A stretch of DNA of 64,000 nt from Tubulanus polymorphus (GCF_964204645.1 NC_134036.1:9403859-9467858), one strand, 5' to 3'. Positions 13,331 through 26,084 are shown, counted from the first letter of the stretch. The notes: generated from the letters alone by a model not told the origin. Program-made: numbers and translations.

Positions 13331-16300
13331 AATATCGGAGCATTCCTCTTTTGGACGTATTATCGGAACATGCGCCTTTAGGTGTACCGTATGCAGGAGT
13401 ACGGAACACCTGAAGGGACATACCGATTGCCGATCACTCGTAGTATATGTCCGCTGTTTGCTGTCTGAAAGTAATTCTAAGTTTAAAATAGGAGGAAGTC
13501 TGTTATATTACTGTCAGATTTCAAAATTTAAGCTGTAAGTAGTCGAATCTGAGAGAAGATGAATTCTATGTGACGATAAAAATGTGAAAAATCTGCAACG
13601 ATAATTATAACAATCAACGGAATTGCAAGAGGGTTTCAGACGAAAGTCAGAAAATCCAAAATAATTCCTTCTATTATAATTCCTATACAAGTTACCGCTA
13701 ATTTAATATTTTCATGCGATATATTATCATTATTATCATTATTACTTTCAATAATATCATGTTGAATATGACCAGTATTAATATTTTCTGTAGTAATTAA
13801 TACGGTTTAGAATTATTATTATTTAATTTGATATTTTAAGCTTTAGTTTCAGTTGATCGAATATGTTTTTGATCTTTATATGCTTCCATTATTTTGGCGC
13901 AATTATTATTTTTTTATTCATATCATTTAATCTAAATATATTATTTATTCCAGCAGTCTTAATTTTGATTGTTAAAATTTCCTAAATGATTATTCCAACT
14001 TTTACCGCTTCCTGTTGTTGCACAATGAACTACCAAATTTGATTGATTCTGCCAGCATAAATTCATCCCAAGTAAAAGTTACTTCGTATATATCAAATAT
14101 ATTATCCATTCTAAAAATAAAGTTTCAATAAATAATCAGTTTCTGTAACATGAATTTCTAAATTAATTAATTCAAAACTAAATTTCCATATGTAATATTT
14201 TTATTAAAATCTATTGCTGGAATGTTACATCTGATTAATTTATTATATTGAAAGGCTTTTGGACAATCATCTGTCATAATTACTTATGATCAATAAATTC
14301 TCTTAATTCTTTCAATAAATTATCTCCAGTTGTAATATATCCATTCAAACTAATCATATAATCCAGCGTATTCTTTTATTTCAATAATATCTTTCATATG
14401 AGACTAAATATTTTCGTTAGTCTTCTCAATATCAAACTATGAACTTACACCAGTTGGTGCACTTGATAGATTATCCTAAAGCACCGATTGGTATAGCTAA
14501 AGGTGTTAATGGTGAGAATAATACTAAAAATATTATCACAGATCCAATTGTAACAGATCCACTTATCATCAAATAATATGCCATTTTATTTTCTAAATAT
14601 CTTTTTCTTTTCTTTCTCAAATCACTCTCAAATTTTAATATTTGTTCCTCTTAATGTGATCTAGATTTACAATTTAATTTAGATGTATTCATATCATGCG
14701 GAATATTATCAACACCATCCATTTTATCTTCCATTTATTTCACAAAAAATAATATACAATTGATTTGTAAATGTATATGCTAAAGATAATACATGAACTG
14801 TCCCACCTTAAATCCAAATTATTTCATAATTCTCTTTATTCATTACTTGGTAATTTATTACTATATCTATTAGTAGTTGTTTCGATATTTGTAATTAAAT
14901 TAAAATTAAAAACTTGTAGTATCTTTAATTCTAGGTAGTAATTATTTGTTATTCTCACTGAGTACTTGTTTACTCCCCATTTATTATACAAACTTTTTAT
15001 TAAAATTAATTTTAGAAATATCAACTTTAATAAATACGATATATCTTTAAATATGATATTCATATATTTGAAATTCATATATATGAAATTATCAGAGTAA
15101 TAAGGAATGTCTTGTTTCAAATCAAAGGTTAAGGGAGATGAAAAAAAAAATATATGATATAATTCTAATTTCTAATCTGAAACATATTGAAATTAAATTA
15201 TATGGGAACGAAGCGAAATTAGAATTATTTTTCATATCTTTTTTTTAAAAGTTTTCCCCCTACCTTTGACCTTTGAGTTAAAACAAGACATTCCCAATTA
15301 ATAACAAGCTTTCAGGGAATATATTAGAACGTTTCAGTTATCTGCGGTTAAACTATAGCAACAAGTAATCTACGGAAGCTGGAGTTCATGGCTAGTGTTG
15401 CTATTACCAGACAACCGGGCGGTGATGCTCACGTCATACATAAACAAAAGATAGAAGTAATGTAAATAAACAAGTTTACCAAACCTAATATGGCGCGGAC
15501 ATGTTTGGTAAATGGCCTGCACACGTTACTAAAGAGAAAAATAACACAAAAAATGAAAGAGTGAGTCTTTTTCATATAAGGGAGGGCGCACGAGGGAAAA
15601 AGATTGTACACGTCTGGTTAAGAGAAAATAAATAGGGATAGATACCTCGAGAAGTTGTACGAGTTATATACGGGAGCATTCTCAGATGTCAAGAACCATG
15701 ACCGAAGATCCGGCCTAGACCACAGTAACCCCTTTCAACATCAATAATAGAAAATGGCTATCACAACAGAACCCGCCAACCTAAGCACCTTCCTCTACAA
15801 TTTTACATCTACATGATTGAATCAATTTCTGACCGGTACTCGAAAAACGCCTAACGAAAAGTGCCGAATCGGAAAACGTATAACGCCTAATGCCTATAAA
15901 ATGACCTAATTTCGTTACTGTATCATCTACTGAGACTCACAATCCAACTCAATTATAATCATCGACGGAACAGTTTGAGAATACATGTGTTTTACGCTTC
16001 ACGAAACGAGACACTACTCTTACAAACTGCATTAAAGGATGATGATAGAATGTCCGCCGTTCAAGCAATTAACTCCAAACGCGAAAACAAACGCCGCGCT
16101 TATAAACGGGCTTTCTTGAATTTTGAAACCGGAATGCATAGATATGGTACAACCTACGCTCGTAGGTACAAAGCACACAAAGACTGGTAAAATAGCCTTT
16201 CTCAAAATATAGCCGCTATGCAGCGATGTCGGGTTTTCTGCAAAGCCATTCAGAATGATGGGAGTTGTAGTAAATTGAAATACCGATACATAGAATAAAA

Positions 16301-18054
16301 TGCATTGACAGATTCGAACCTAATATGCAACCACTGCGCAAACGTCATACGTGGACATACAATCTACAAATATGAATTTATTCGACCAGACATTTATTTT
16401 GGCATTCAAACATCATGATACTGTATTATCAACATGCTTAAAATGGATCTGTCCTATTAAGAACTCATCTTAAGTACCTGCTGAGTCGATAGATTGAGTG
16501 AATTTACAGATAAGAACGTACTATGATTTGGAATAGATTTAAGAAGTTAATCTTTTTATTGAAATATTTGAATAAATACATATATTGTAGTGTAGATTCA
16601 ATCAATAAATCATGAATTGATTTGGTCTGGGTTTCCGGCTGATGTTTGGCTTTTATGGATTACAAATTCTAAAGTGATAAACAATTTATACCTGTAAGAT
16701 GTGTGTAAATCAAACCTATTCCACTAGTTGCGTGTGTTTCATAAAAAACAGAGTCACTCTTGATCTGAGTTAAGGAAAAGATAATGTTCATTTAGTTATA
16801 GAAATTCATTGCCTTTTTGAAAATTATATAATAACATTTGTTTTATCGTAATTTTTTTTAATACTGTATGAACCAATGATATGCTTTGTAAATATGATGT
16901 AATGAAAAAAATTTTAATTCGAATTAAATTTGAATATGAGAATCATGCATAACTTGTGTTTTCACTTGTCTCTTGTTCACAGTTCCAGAGTTTCAATTAC
17001 AATCAAATCCAAATTCGCTAAAAAGTACATAGGTCTAAATGAAATGAACTGTTAGTCACTGCAAACCTATTCCAGTGTTATGTCGATCGTGTTGAATCAC
17101 TTTGCTTGAGTTGATTGGTCGAAGAGAGATATCTTGGTGTTGACTGTCCTTGACAATTAAACTTCATGTGTTTATTCTACATTGGAATCAGCATCATACC
17201 CATTTGTACTGCAAAATATTCGTACAACATGAACACCTACAGTACATGTATACCATAATCAAACTTTCACCGATGTTGGATATTTGAATGAACGTTAGGC
17301 TTATTTCAGTATTCTAAAGCATGAAATAATAAGCCCAATCAATAGGCCATATTCCCATAGGAACAATTGTATAATGCATGCAGCTGTACCGTACACGTAC
17401 CATCAGTCAAGATTGGAGAAATCGGTATACCAAACCTACGTTAAGCAAATTGTACAGGCCTACAATGATTTCTGGTATACAAGCCGTGACCACATGTACG
17501 TTTTGGATCTAGGTTTGACTATTAATGTCAGCAGGGCCGAGAAGGCCTGCGTAAATTCAATTGCATGGTTCAAATCAATTAGCCTTTCTGCGTGTGAATA
17601 CTTCACTGTATTGTAATAATAGGCCTAAAATAGGCCTATCGAGTGAATTAGTGAATAGACTGAATTAGACTTTAGGCTATTCCTGGCCAAATCCTATCCA
17701 TGTTATAATGGCACCAGTTATAGTAACATCACTGTAGGGCCGACGAGAGGGAAAAAGTTCTGTTTGTAGTACATAGGCATGGTAGGCTTATCGTACTCAC
17801 TTAATACCTAAAACGCTGTTGTTACCTGTACATGGCTGTACGGTGATTTCTACAGGTTAGCTGTATGTGAGTACGTTGACGCTCAGACTGGCAATATTGG
17901 GATTCGAAACCAAACGAAAAAAAAATCCAGTAGTAGTCCAGTGATTTACCCACTATGCCACATAACGTAACTGCAGGGTGCTTGAAATTTGATTTACCAA
18001 TAGCCTAGCCTCACCTAACCCAAACTCTATTCTTTCACGCATGCGCGTTTGCAG

Positions 18055-18272
18055 ATTATAAGAACTCACGTACGGCGTTTGTAGGGAACTCACGTACGGT
18101 TAACCTGTGGAGATCACCGTACAGTCACTTTCGGGGAACATCTTCGTACTGAAAATGGTATTGGCTACAAGGAACTAACGAACGGCGTTAATAGGGGACT
18201 CACGTACGGTTAATTTATGAAGATCACTGTACAGTCACGTACAACTACGTACTCAAAATGGTATTGGCTACT
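18055..18272. repeat. Short imperfect tandem repeats
   Basis: Repeated ACTCACGTACGG, GATCAC.GTACAGTCAC and AAAATGGTATTGGCTAC blocks. Confidence 0.6.
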
Positions 18273-18895
18273 ATATAATAGGCCAACGACCTTGATTTAA
18301 ACTTGATCAATTCAAAATTTATTGACGCTTTTGGTTACATGAACTGATCAGCAATATACTTAAATGAAATAACCGGAATAACAAGAAATCAATAATATAA
18401 AAGTGGTAACAAACAAATGCCCGTTAACCTGTTGGACTCGCAACCACTGGGCTCGTAAACTCTTTGACTCGGACCCGCTGAGCAATAAATTCATAGAATT
18501 GACTGAGAAATTGATTGTGGAGAAGAGAGGGAATAATTCGATATCTCTTCAACAAAAAGAAGAGAGAAATGTCGGAAGAAAACACAACATGGCTACTGAT
18601 TGAACGGGGCCAAATTTTCGATGTTTACGGCTCGACAGTGATTGTATCGGCAACAGCGGTAAGGTAAGGAAGCCTTTGCACTTTTAACAAAAACTGAGTG
18701 GAAAAGGGGAAAAAAAAATAATAATCACGCGAATCTCAATTTCTGTGAAGAATTAGAAAACCCTAATTATCTTCCAAAACGGTTCACAATCACGCTTATA
18801 GATTAGGCCTACCGAACCAATGAGAGACTTAATAATCTCCAGCCCCTTGAACAAAAATAAGAAACTATACGTTCCATCTGAAAAATTTATGTCTT

Positions 18896-20251
18896 TTATT
18901 AGGGTTTCTGCTGCCTTCGCAGAAACCCTATTGTATTTCTGCTGATTATTATTATTAGGGTCCCTGCTGATCATTATTTTAACATATTTTCCACTGAGTT
19001 TCGTCACATAAAAATCATCTTCTGTTAGATTTGACTACTAACAACTTTTAAACGAAATGTTAAACTCTGATAATAATATAACAGTCTCTTGCTGCGCGTA
19101 GTTTCTATGGATGTATTGTGCTTCCTATTTTAAACTTGAAGTTACTTAAAGATAACACCGGTGGAAATAGCAATCATCAATCATGGCGCGCATTGGCGCG
19201 CACACTGGCGCAAATCTGAACGTTTGTGACGTCATTTCATAAATAAAGAAGGAAGGCTCCGAGAATATCCAAATCACTGGTTACTGTGAATAACTGGGGT
19301 TCGACCATTCACAAGTTAAAAATGTACTTCTTTGTTTGTGAAGTAAGTTTATTCATACTGTTATTAAAAGCAGTTCCTTTTAAACATTCTATAATAGTAT
19401 AGTTTTGTTCGTGGATATCAATACTTCGAAAAATCAACAGCGGTTTATTTATTTATTGTACCGGTACGCGTTTTCTTAAATGAATTGAATTGTTCCGGTC
19501 CAAAAGGCGGCTCATACTAGTTAGCGTCTGAAAATGTCAGCGTCGGTGATACCTTGTTATCGGTGATATTAAACGGTCTAAAGTCAGTTTATACATCACA
19601 TACATTACACATTGGAGGTCCCTTGTACATGTACATCACATCGTGACGCAGCGGCGATGGTATTGTCATAGAAGAACAAAGTCAGTTGAAAATACCTACC
19701 CACTGCACCGATAAAGAATGATAGCAAGCCAGAGGTCAGTGACAGACAGTCAGTAATGGGGAGTGATGTTCCGTTCGGGATTATGTTTTTATAATGGTTA
19801 TTGGACGTCAATTTCATATGTGAATTGTAGTCCCCATCTGATCGGATGACTTGTCTGACTGACTTGTTAGTCACTCCTCTACTAATAGTAACACTATAAG
19901 GCCTTCCCTCCTGCATAGTTTACCCTATAGGCCAATGAATTTTTCTGGAACCAATAATAACCGAATATGCGCTTAAACTGTCACTAGCGAATGGTAAAAA
20001 CACCGTAGCTTTGTTCTTCTCGGTGTTATTTCCCCCAAAACCTGGCACATTAGTACTTTGCGCGTAGTAGCACATGCGCGTAGTAGCACATGTGGGTCAA
20101 CATATCCATGCTGTGAGTTGACCCCTAGGTGGCACTCTTTCAAAAAACGAAATGTGACGAACGGATTTCGTGTGAAATCTTGGCTCGCATCCCTGAACGA
20201 CATTCTATCCAGAAAGGCAGAAACCCGTTATCGCTGCTTGCAGCTATATTT
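18896..20251 (+). mobile_element. Full-length Helentron-associated non-autonomous element (HINE)
   Basis: 5' TTATT then palindrome AGGGTTTCTGC-7nt-GCAGAAACCCT (18901-18929) and (TTA)n; 3' sub-TIR GCAGAAACCC (20217-20226), hairpin GCTGC-TT-GCAGC, TATATTT; T-rich insertion site, no TSD. Confidence 0.75.
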
Positions 20252-20316
20252 ATTATTATTATTACGATTGGTAGAACACTATATCCGTGTTGACGCGATG
20301 AGGAGAGAATCCCACA

Positions 20317-21010
20317 ATGATAATAAAAAGTCCGAAAATGAAACTTCGAGATAGTAGTTTATTTCAACGTTTCGACTATATCCTAATTGTCATCTTCAGG
20401 AATAATGAATTCATTCGCATTTCAGTTCAACGTAATTTAGATAATGAATTTAGAAAATTCAATCCTAATGAAAAAGTGTATTGTTATTGCGGTGGTAAAT
20501 ACTTAAAATCACATAAATCAAAACATTATCAAACAGTTAAACATATCAATTATCAAAAAATAATTAATATATATTAAAATAAGATTAAAAAATTATTGAA
20601 TCAGATTAGTAAATTAATTAAATAAATAAATGAGTGAGTGAAAATATATTAAACTTATTACATCTAATATATAAAAATCAACAGAATATTAAATCAATTT
20701 AATATTAAATCAACCTTACAGGTTTATTTTCATTCACAGTTTATACTATAAAACAAAGGTAAAGGCGGGTTTCATTTAACCAAATTCATGTCTTCAAGTA
20801 AAAACGTTTTGGCGCATATACCTGGTATCGATCGTAATGATCCCACGTTAGAATTCTACGATTCTTGTAAAATTAGATATACAGAATTGAAAGAAAATAT
20901 AAATTATCTATCAGATCGAATAAATAATATTAAGTGTTGTGAAATATGCAATGAAAATATAAAAATGAAAAATAATTAAGGAATCATAAATATATTCACG
21001 AGCTAAATGA
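20317..21010 (+). pseudogene. Decayed viral/Polinton-type small zinc-finger ORFs
   Basis: CYCGGKYLKSHKSKHYQTVKH and CCEICNENIK motifs in very AT-rich DNA. Confidence 0.4.
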
Positions 21011-21167
21011 AGAAAGTAAGAATTCTTGGATTCTTCGAATCTTACTCGTACGTCTAGTACATAAATATCATAAATAGTTTTATCATATATATTTCTGTTT
21101 CAATATTTATATATCTCACAGATTTATTATAAATATTTGGAAAAGTATAAATCATATTCAATTATAT

Positions 21168-21426
21168 ATTTACATTTATCATTAATTAAAGAGGATTACA
21201 ATGAATCCATTAGATTGTTAAACTGTTTAATTATTAAATTGCGTAGATTGTATATTCATAAACTAAATGATAAATCACGAATAAGACTGTTAAATTAGCT
21301 GAAATGTATGAACTATTAGTTAATCAAAAAGGGGGTTTTAGGTATCAATGTATTTGATACGTATTAAATACGTATCAATGTATTAGATACGTATCAAATA
21401 CGTATCAATGGTATTAAATACGTATT
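21168..21426 (+). repeat. 259-bp direct repeat, left copy flanking the Ngaro element
   Basis: Matches 26085-26343 with 2 visible mismatches; contains ATACGTAT(C/T)AA microrepeats. Confidence 0.95.
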
Positions 21427-21845
21427 TTTGCAACAGAAAATAAGTCGGAACAAATTGTTAGATGGAAAAGGCCAAGCGCCCCAGCTGCTTGACGTTTATT
21501 TGAAAAATTATACCAAAACACGTGACAACCTAATTTGCTGTCACGTACAAAATTACAATATCATCAATCTAACAAAGAAATACAAAGTCATAAAAAATTA
21601 ACTAGGTCACCCGCCCCAGCTGGATTGACCTAGTTTCTGATTTAAACAATTATCGGAAAAAATACTACGCGGTCAAACGCCCCTGCTGTTTGACCTATTT
21701 ATGAATACAAGTAACTACACCACTATTACTAAGAAGTCAAACGCCCCAGCTGTTTGACCTAGTTCGGAGTAAAAAGTCCTCGATTAATCGTAAGTGGGCT
21801 ATAAAAATGCCACAAAGCCACCCACCTGTGGCTGAGCCCACACGA

Positions 21846-22799
21846 TCACCTCGCAATCCTTATGTATTTACGGAAGGCATCGGAATTCCACCGGCCTGCT
21901 GCCCTAATCTGTGCGTCGGGGACTCCCCTCGATGCTGCATCGGTTGCAGCGCCGATGCGGAAGGAGTGACCCTTGAACGCCCTAGGTGACAGTTTACACC
22001 ATTCCAGCAGGCACACGAGGCGACGGTCGAATGCTCGCCTTAACCACGGAGCTCCACTGCAGTCTATAAAAAGCGGGCCTGGACGCGGGCCTCGGCGCTG
22101 TAAATAAGTGGTGATAGTCGATCGGGCATCGGTAACCCTGGTCGAAAGGGAGGAAAAATCAACCTGTATGACCTGAGGGCCAACGCGTGCGCTGTGCTTA
22201 AACTTCTTTAGGACTATTTGGAGACCAAAGGCGGTCAGTGCCACGTCTTCGAGCTGTACTACACTCTGCGTTAGGGCGAGTGTCCTCGGTAAGAGCTCCC
22301 CTAGGCGGAAATAACCACAAAACGCGATGGTCATAACCGATTTCACTAAAAGGCGGTTGTAGGAAAGACTTTCCGTCACAGCAAGACAGTCAAATAAACG
22401 TGCCAAAACATCTGCGGTAATTGGGAGACGAACGTCGAAACTCCGCGGTAGATTTCTTCCGCCTGCTAACATTTTCTGAATGATAAATGATCGACAAGGG
22501 TCGGCCTCCCCTTTTATCTTGTGAAAATATGAAATTGCTGACAATGTCGACGCAGTAGCTGCGGCCGACAAACCCTTTTCGTGCAAATGTGCGACGAACA
22601 AGACGATGGAATATTCTGAAACTGGGACCAAAATTGTGATGCCCAACTGCTGGCCAAACGCGACTAGCTTACCCCAAGACCGATCATAGGCCTTCGCGGT
22701 TTCCGTCGTCAAAGCCGCTGCTAACAGGGCGTCTATAGTAGGTTTATATTTGCTGGCAGCCAAGACTGGGGAACCGGCGTAGGTTGAGGGTCGGCCCAT
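21846..22799 (-). CDS. Tyrosine recombinase of Ngaro element (intact ORF)
   Basis: SAM-like N-domain (TAKAYDRSW..LSAISYFHK), GYFRLGEL (R), KFKHS (K), HSFRIGAAT (HxxR), GRWNSDAFRKYI (W/Y). Confidence 0.95.
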   Translation of the reverse strand: MGRPSTYAGSPVLAASKYKPTIDALLAAALTTETAKAYDRSWGKLVAFGQQLGITILVPVSEYSIVLFVAHLHEKGLSAAATASTLSAISYFHKIKGEADPCRSFIIQKMLAGGRNLPRSFDVRLPITADVLARLFDCLAVTESLSYNRLLVKSVMTIAFCGYFRLGELLPRTLALTQSVVQLEDVALTAFGLQIVLKKFKHSARVGPQVIQVDFSSLSTRVTDARSTITTYLQRRGPRPGPLFIDCSGAPWLRRAFDRRLVCLLEWCKLSPRAFKGHSFRIGAATDAASRGVPDAQIRAAGRWNSDAFRKYIRIAR

Positions 22800-23419
22800 G
22801 GCGCTTCCATGCGAAATCGACGAAACTGGAACCGAGAAAGTAGGTCGGGTAAAATGTTATATTTTCCGGGTATATGTTCGCTAATGAAAACGATGTTAAA
22901 TTTCAAACAAACAGAGACCATCTTGCGGACGAGGGTCATCATAGCCTTGTCCCGTGAAGATTGTTTATTAATAACGTGGACCACCGATTGGTTATCGGAA
23001 TTAAAACATATAGTCTTATTTTTCCAATGTGCCCCCCAGATTGATAGTGCGGCAACGATTCGGTATAGTTCAAGGACCGCGATCGAACAAGACTTCCAGC
23101 TTAAAGGCCACGAACCGTGGAACCAGTGGGTGCCGTAAACGGCACCGTAACCAAAAGCACCGGCGGAATCAGTGTACAAATTCAAACGATCGTTAGTGAG
23201 CTTACGCTCATCGATGAAAAATGATCGACCGTTAAAATATGAAAGGAAGACGTTCCAGACCCGGAGATCATTCTTCGCGCTCGCCGTCAGTGAAATGTGC
23301 AACGAACGGTGAGGCACGCCCACGGTGAGGTCGATCAGCCTCCTGAGAAACGGTCGTCCCGGTACAATGACTGAGCAGGCAAAATTCAACGTCCCTAGTA
23401 GTGACTGTAACTCTCGCAA
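22733..23419 (-). CDS. RT thumb/RNase H part of Ngaro pol, frameshifted from RT
   Basis: RELQSLLGTLNFAC, LYTDSAG, IAVLELY, SDNQSVV, HIPGKYNILPDLLSR. Confidence 0.9.
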   Translation of the reverse strand: MRELQSLLGTLNFACSVIVPGRPFLRRLIDLTVGVPHRSLHISLTASAKNDLRVWNVFLSYFNGRSFFIDERKLTNDRLNLYTDSAGAFGYGAVYGTHWFHGSWPLSWKSCSIAVLELYRIVAALSIWGAHWKNKTICFNSDNQSVVHVINKQSSRDKAMMTLVRKMVSVCLKFNIVFISEHIPGKYNILPDLLSRFQFRRFRMEAPWADPQPTPVPQSWLPANINLL

Positions 23420-24324
23420 GTCACTTTCCGTTTAGACAGGAATGTTTCCACCAGGGCCATGCATTTTGCCAATTTATCTTCCGGCAAACGTGCCTCGTGC
23501 AAAATAGTATCGAGCGTGATGCCGGCAAACGGTAGGATTTGCGACGGGCGAAAAGTTTTGACTTCCTTTATGGGTACGCCGAGCTGTTCGCATAGGTCAA
23601 GAAAATTTATCAGATCGCGGTCGCACTTAGATTTGCCATTAGCAATAATCAAAAAATTATCTAAAATATGTACAATGTGGGAAATCCCGAGCTTATTAAT
23701 CGCAATCCATTTAATACACGACGAGAACCGGTCAAAAATCGCGCAGGAGCTGGCTGCGCCCATGGGCAGAACTGCGTCGACGTAAAAAAGACCGTCTAAA
23801 GTGAAACCCAACAGTGGTTGGTCTAACTTATGTACAGGGATTATCCTGAAAGCCGACTCTATGTCGGTCTTTGCTAGGAAAACATCGTCACCCAGGGACT
23901 TGATGATTTTAATCGCATCCTGGATTGTCGAGTATTTAATGGTGGATGCCTCCTCGGGAATAAAATCGTTTATCGACGAGCCTTCCGGGTACGATAGATG
24001 GTGAATAACCCTAAAACCCCCGGAGCTTTTAGGAACTACCCCTAGGGGTGAAACGTGAATTGGGGTACCGTCCGGCATGAATGGAGTCTGAAAAGGGCCA
24101 AGAACTCTACCCGTTGCAAGCTCTTTGTTGACTATTTCACGTATCACGTCAGGGCGCTCCCTAGCGGACTTAAGGTTATCGACGCATTTGGTAGATGAGG
24201 GGCCAGAGAAAAAACTATCTAAGCGAAAACCCGAAGTAAAACCTTCAATAATAATGTCACGATCCTCGGCCTTGTAATCGTAAATGTATTTTCTAAGTTC
24301 GGAAATTTTGACCGGCGTCGGCAA
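23395..24324 (-). pseudogene. Reverse transcriptase of Ngaro element, probably inactivated
   Basis: SPLGVVPK..FRVIHHLSYP..SINDFI, KTDIESAFR, LPMGAASSC; the catalytic xDD reads ILDN, and there is a frameshift before RNase H. Confidence 0.9.
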
Positions 24325-24325
24325 A

Positions 24326-25296
24326 CTATGATTTGTAGGTGGGGTCGCTACGTTTATATCCAGTCGAGGGGCTGGGCGTTTTCCGACGCGGACAGCGAGC
24401 GGCTGAATGTGGGCCTCTGCATAACTTGCATTGGTGGGCGTATATGCAAGATTTTCGGGGACAGGACGAGGCGGCGCTATTAAACGCGTAGCAGAAATTG
24501 ACTGCCTGGCCCGAAGATGCTCGAAAGGGCCGTTTCAAGTTATTATTTCGAGTCTTCGCTTCCAACCACAGCTCCCAATTGGTGGCGTCCCACCTGCCGG
24601 CGACATCTGAAGCCGCACGGAGCGCACGAAAATTCTGGTCGTAAAACGCCCAATCCCCGCACTGGGACGCAAGGTTCTGGACGCTTCGACCGTACTTGAT
24701 CAGAGGTATGGCGTCATGAGGATGACGACGCAAAGGACAGTAGAAACGATTTCGAATGCCCTTACCCACTGCTCGATCGACTTAATGGCTGTAAGCCTGG
24801 GTGTCGCTATAGATACGTGAGGCGTTTCCTGACCGGGGGCGGGCAGCACGTTAAAGGAATACGCCGCATCGGGCTTGCGCAAAAGCACCGCGAAATCCAG
24901 CCATTTTCCTGACCAAATAGATTCTTTTATCTTAACCGGCACTAACGCATCCAATGCCACCGCGGAGGGCAGAAAAGACCCCGGGCCGCTCAACTGTGGT
25001 TGTTGATAAAAACCCATACCATCGGGGATGATATTACCTGCTTCCGGCGCTGCCACATCCAAGGCCTGCGGTACTGTTATGGTCCCCTGCTGAGGCGTAT
25101 TTTCAGCCTGCTGAGGTGTATTTGCAGCGGTGTTTGCAGGGATGGCGTTGACCTGGGGTAACAAAGAGACCGCTCTTTCGAGAGTCTCCAGCAGGCGGTC
25201 TGCCCGAGCCTCCTTCTCTGAGATAGCCCCAGCTGGCGCTTTCCTCCGCTTGTTTAAGGCTGGGGTTGCCCGTTGTTTTCTCTTGGTGCGCTGCAT
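24326..25296 (-). pseudogene. gag-like ORF1 of Ngaro element, one frameshift near 24740
   Basis: KIKESIWSGKWLDFAVLL, IEQWVRAF, WAFYDQNFR, CYAFN..C..C.YAHQCKLCRGPHSAARC. Confidence 0.85.
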
Positions 25297-25369
25297 TATT
25301 ACTCAATATGACTACTAAAACACAAAATACGTGCGGGTTATTAACCGTATCAGTATTATGAATAAGACC

Positions 25370-26055
25370 TGCCTACTGCCGGCAGCAGGAAAATTAAGCC
25401 CTAATATTAATGATTATTTCGTGGGCACCTGCCCAGAAGCAGGAAAATTAAGCCCTTATACTAATTATTATTTCCTGGGCACCTGCCCAGAAGCAGGAAA
25501 ATTAAGCCCTAATATTAATGATTATCTCGTTGGCACCTGCCCAGAAGCAGGAAAATTAAGCCCTAATATTAATGATTATTTCGTGGGCACCTGCCCAGAA
25601 GCAGGAAAATTAAGCCCTTATACTAATTATTATTTTCCTGGGCACCTGCCCAGAAGCAGGAAAATTAAGCCCTAATATTAATGATTATCTCGTTGGCACC
25701 TGCCCAGAAGCAGGAAAATTAAGCCCTAATATTGATGATTAATTCGTAGGCACCTGCCCAGAAGCAGGAAAATTAAGCCCTTATACTAATTATTATTTCC
25801 TGGGCACCTGCCCAGATGCAGGAAAATTAAGCCCAATATTAATGATTATATCGTGGTAACCCGCCCAGAAGCAGGAAAATTAAGCCCAATATTCGTGATT
25901 AATTATCCCATGGGCACCTGCCTAGAAGCAGGGAAATTAAGCCCTATATCAATATGTATCACAGGAAAATTAAGCCCTCATATTAAACATTTATTCATGG
26001 GCTCCTGCCCCGAAGCAGGAAAATTTAGGCCGATATTAATGATTATCTCCTGGGA
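25370..26055. repeat. 54-bp tandem repeat (~12-13 units) in the 5' region of the Ngaro element
   Basis: Unit GGCACCTGCCCAGAAGCAGGAAAATTAAGCCCTAATATTAATGATTATCTCGTT; three variants cycle. Confidence 0.95.
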
Positions 26056-26084
26056 CCTCCAGTACAGTAGCATATTCTAAAAAC

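Larger units (their letters stand above)
12090..15300. mobile_element. Heavily decayed AT-rich viral/Polinton-like relic (zinc-finger fragments, P-loop fragment, membrane-protein fragment)
   Basis: CxxC..WSKH..KTKPH zinc-finger fragments near 12770-12840 like those at 38400-38630; minus-strand TTGSGKS at ~14000; hydrophobic segment at 14470-14600; interrupted by other repeats. Confidence 0.4.
21427..26084 (-). mobile_element. Ngaro-type (DIRS order) tyrosine-recombinase retrotransposon
   Basis: Overlapping gag-RT-RNaseH-YR ORFs, no methyltransferase domain, C-terminal CCCH/CCHC gag finger. Confidence 0.92.

Noticed and set aside
22809-25318. Plus-strand ORFs over the Ngaro element, and similar antisense ORFs over the GPCR, YR genes and RTE
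   Set aside because: Antisense shadows of real coding frames
25370-26055. CRISPR-like look (constant ~33 bp plus variable ~21 bp)
   Set aside because: The variable parts are related and recur cyclically, there are no cas genes and the context is eukaryotic; it is a tandem repeat and the 114-aa ORF is a by-product
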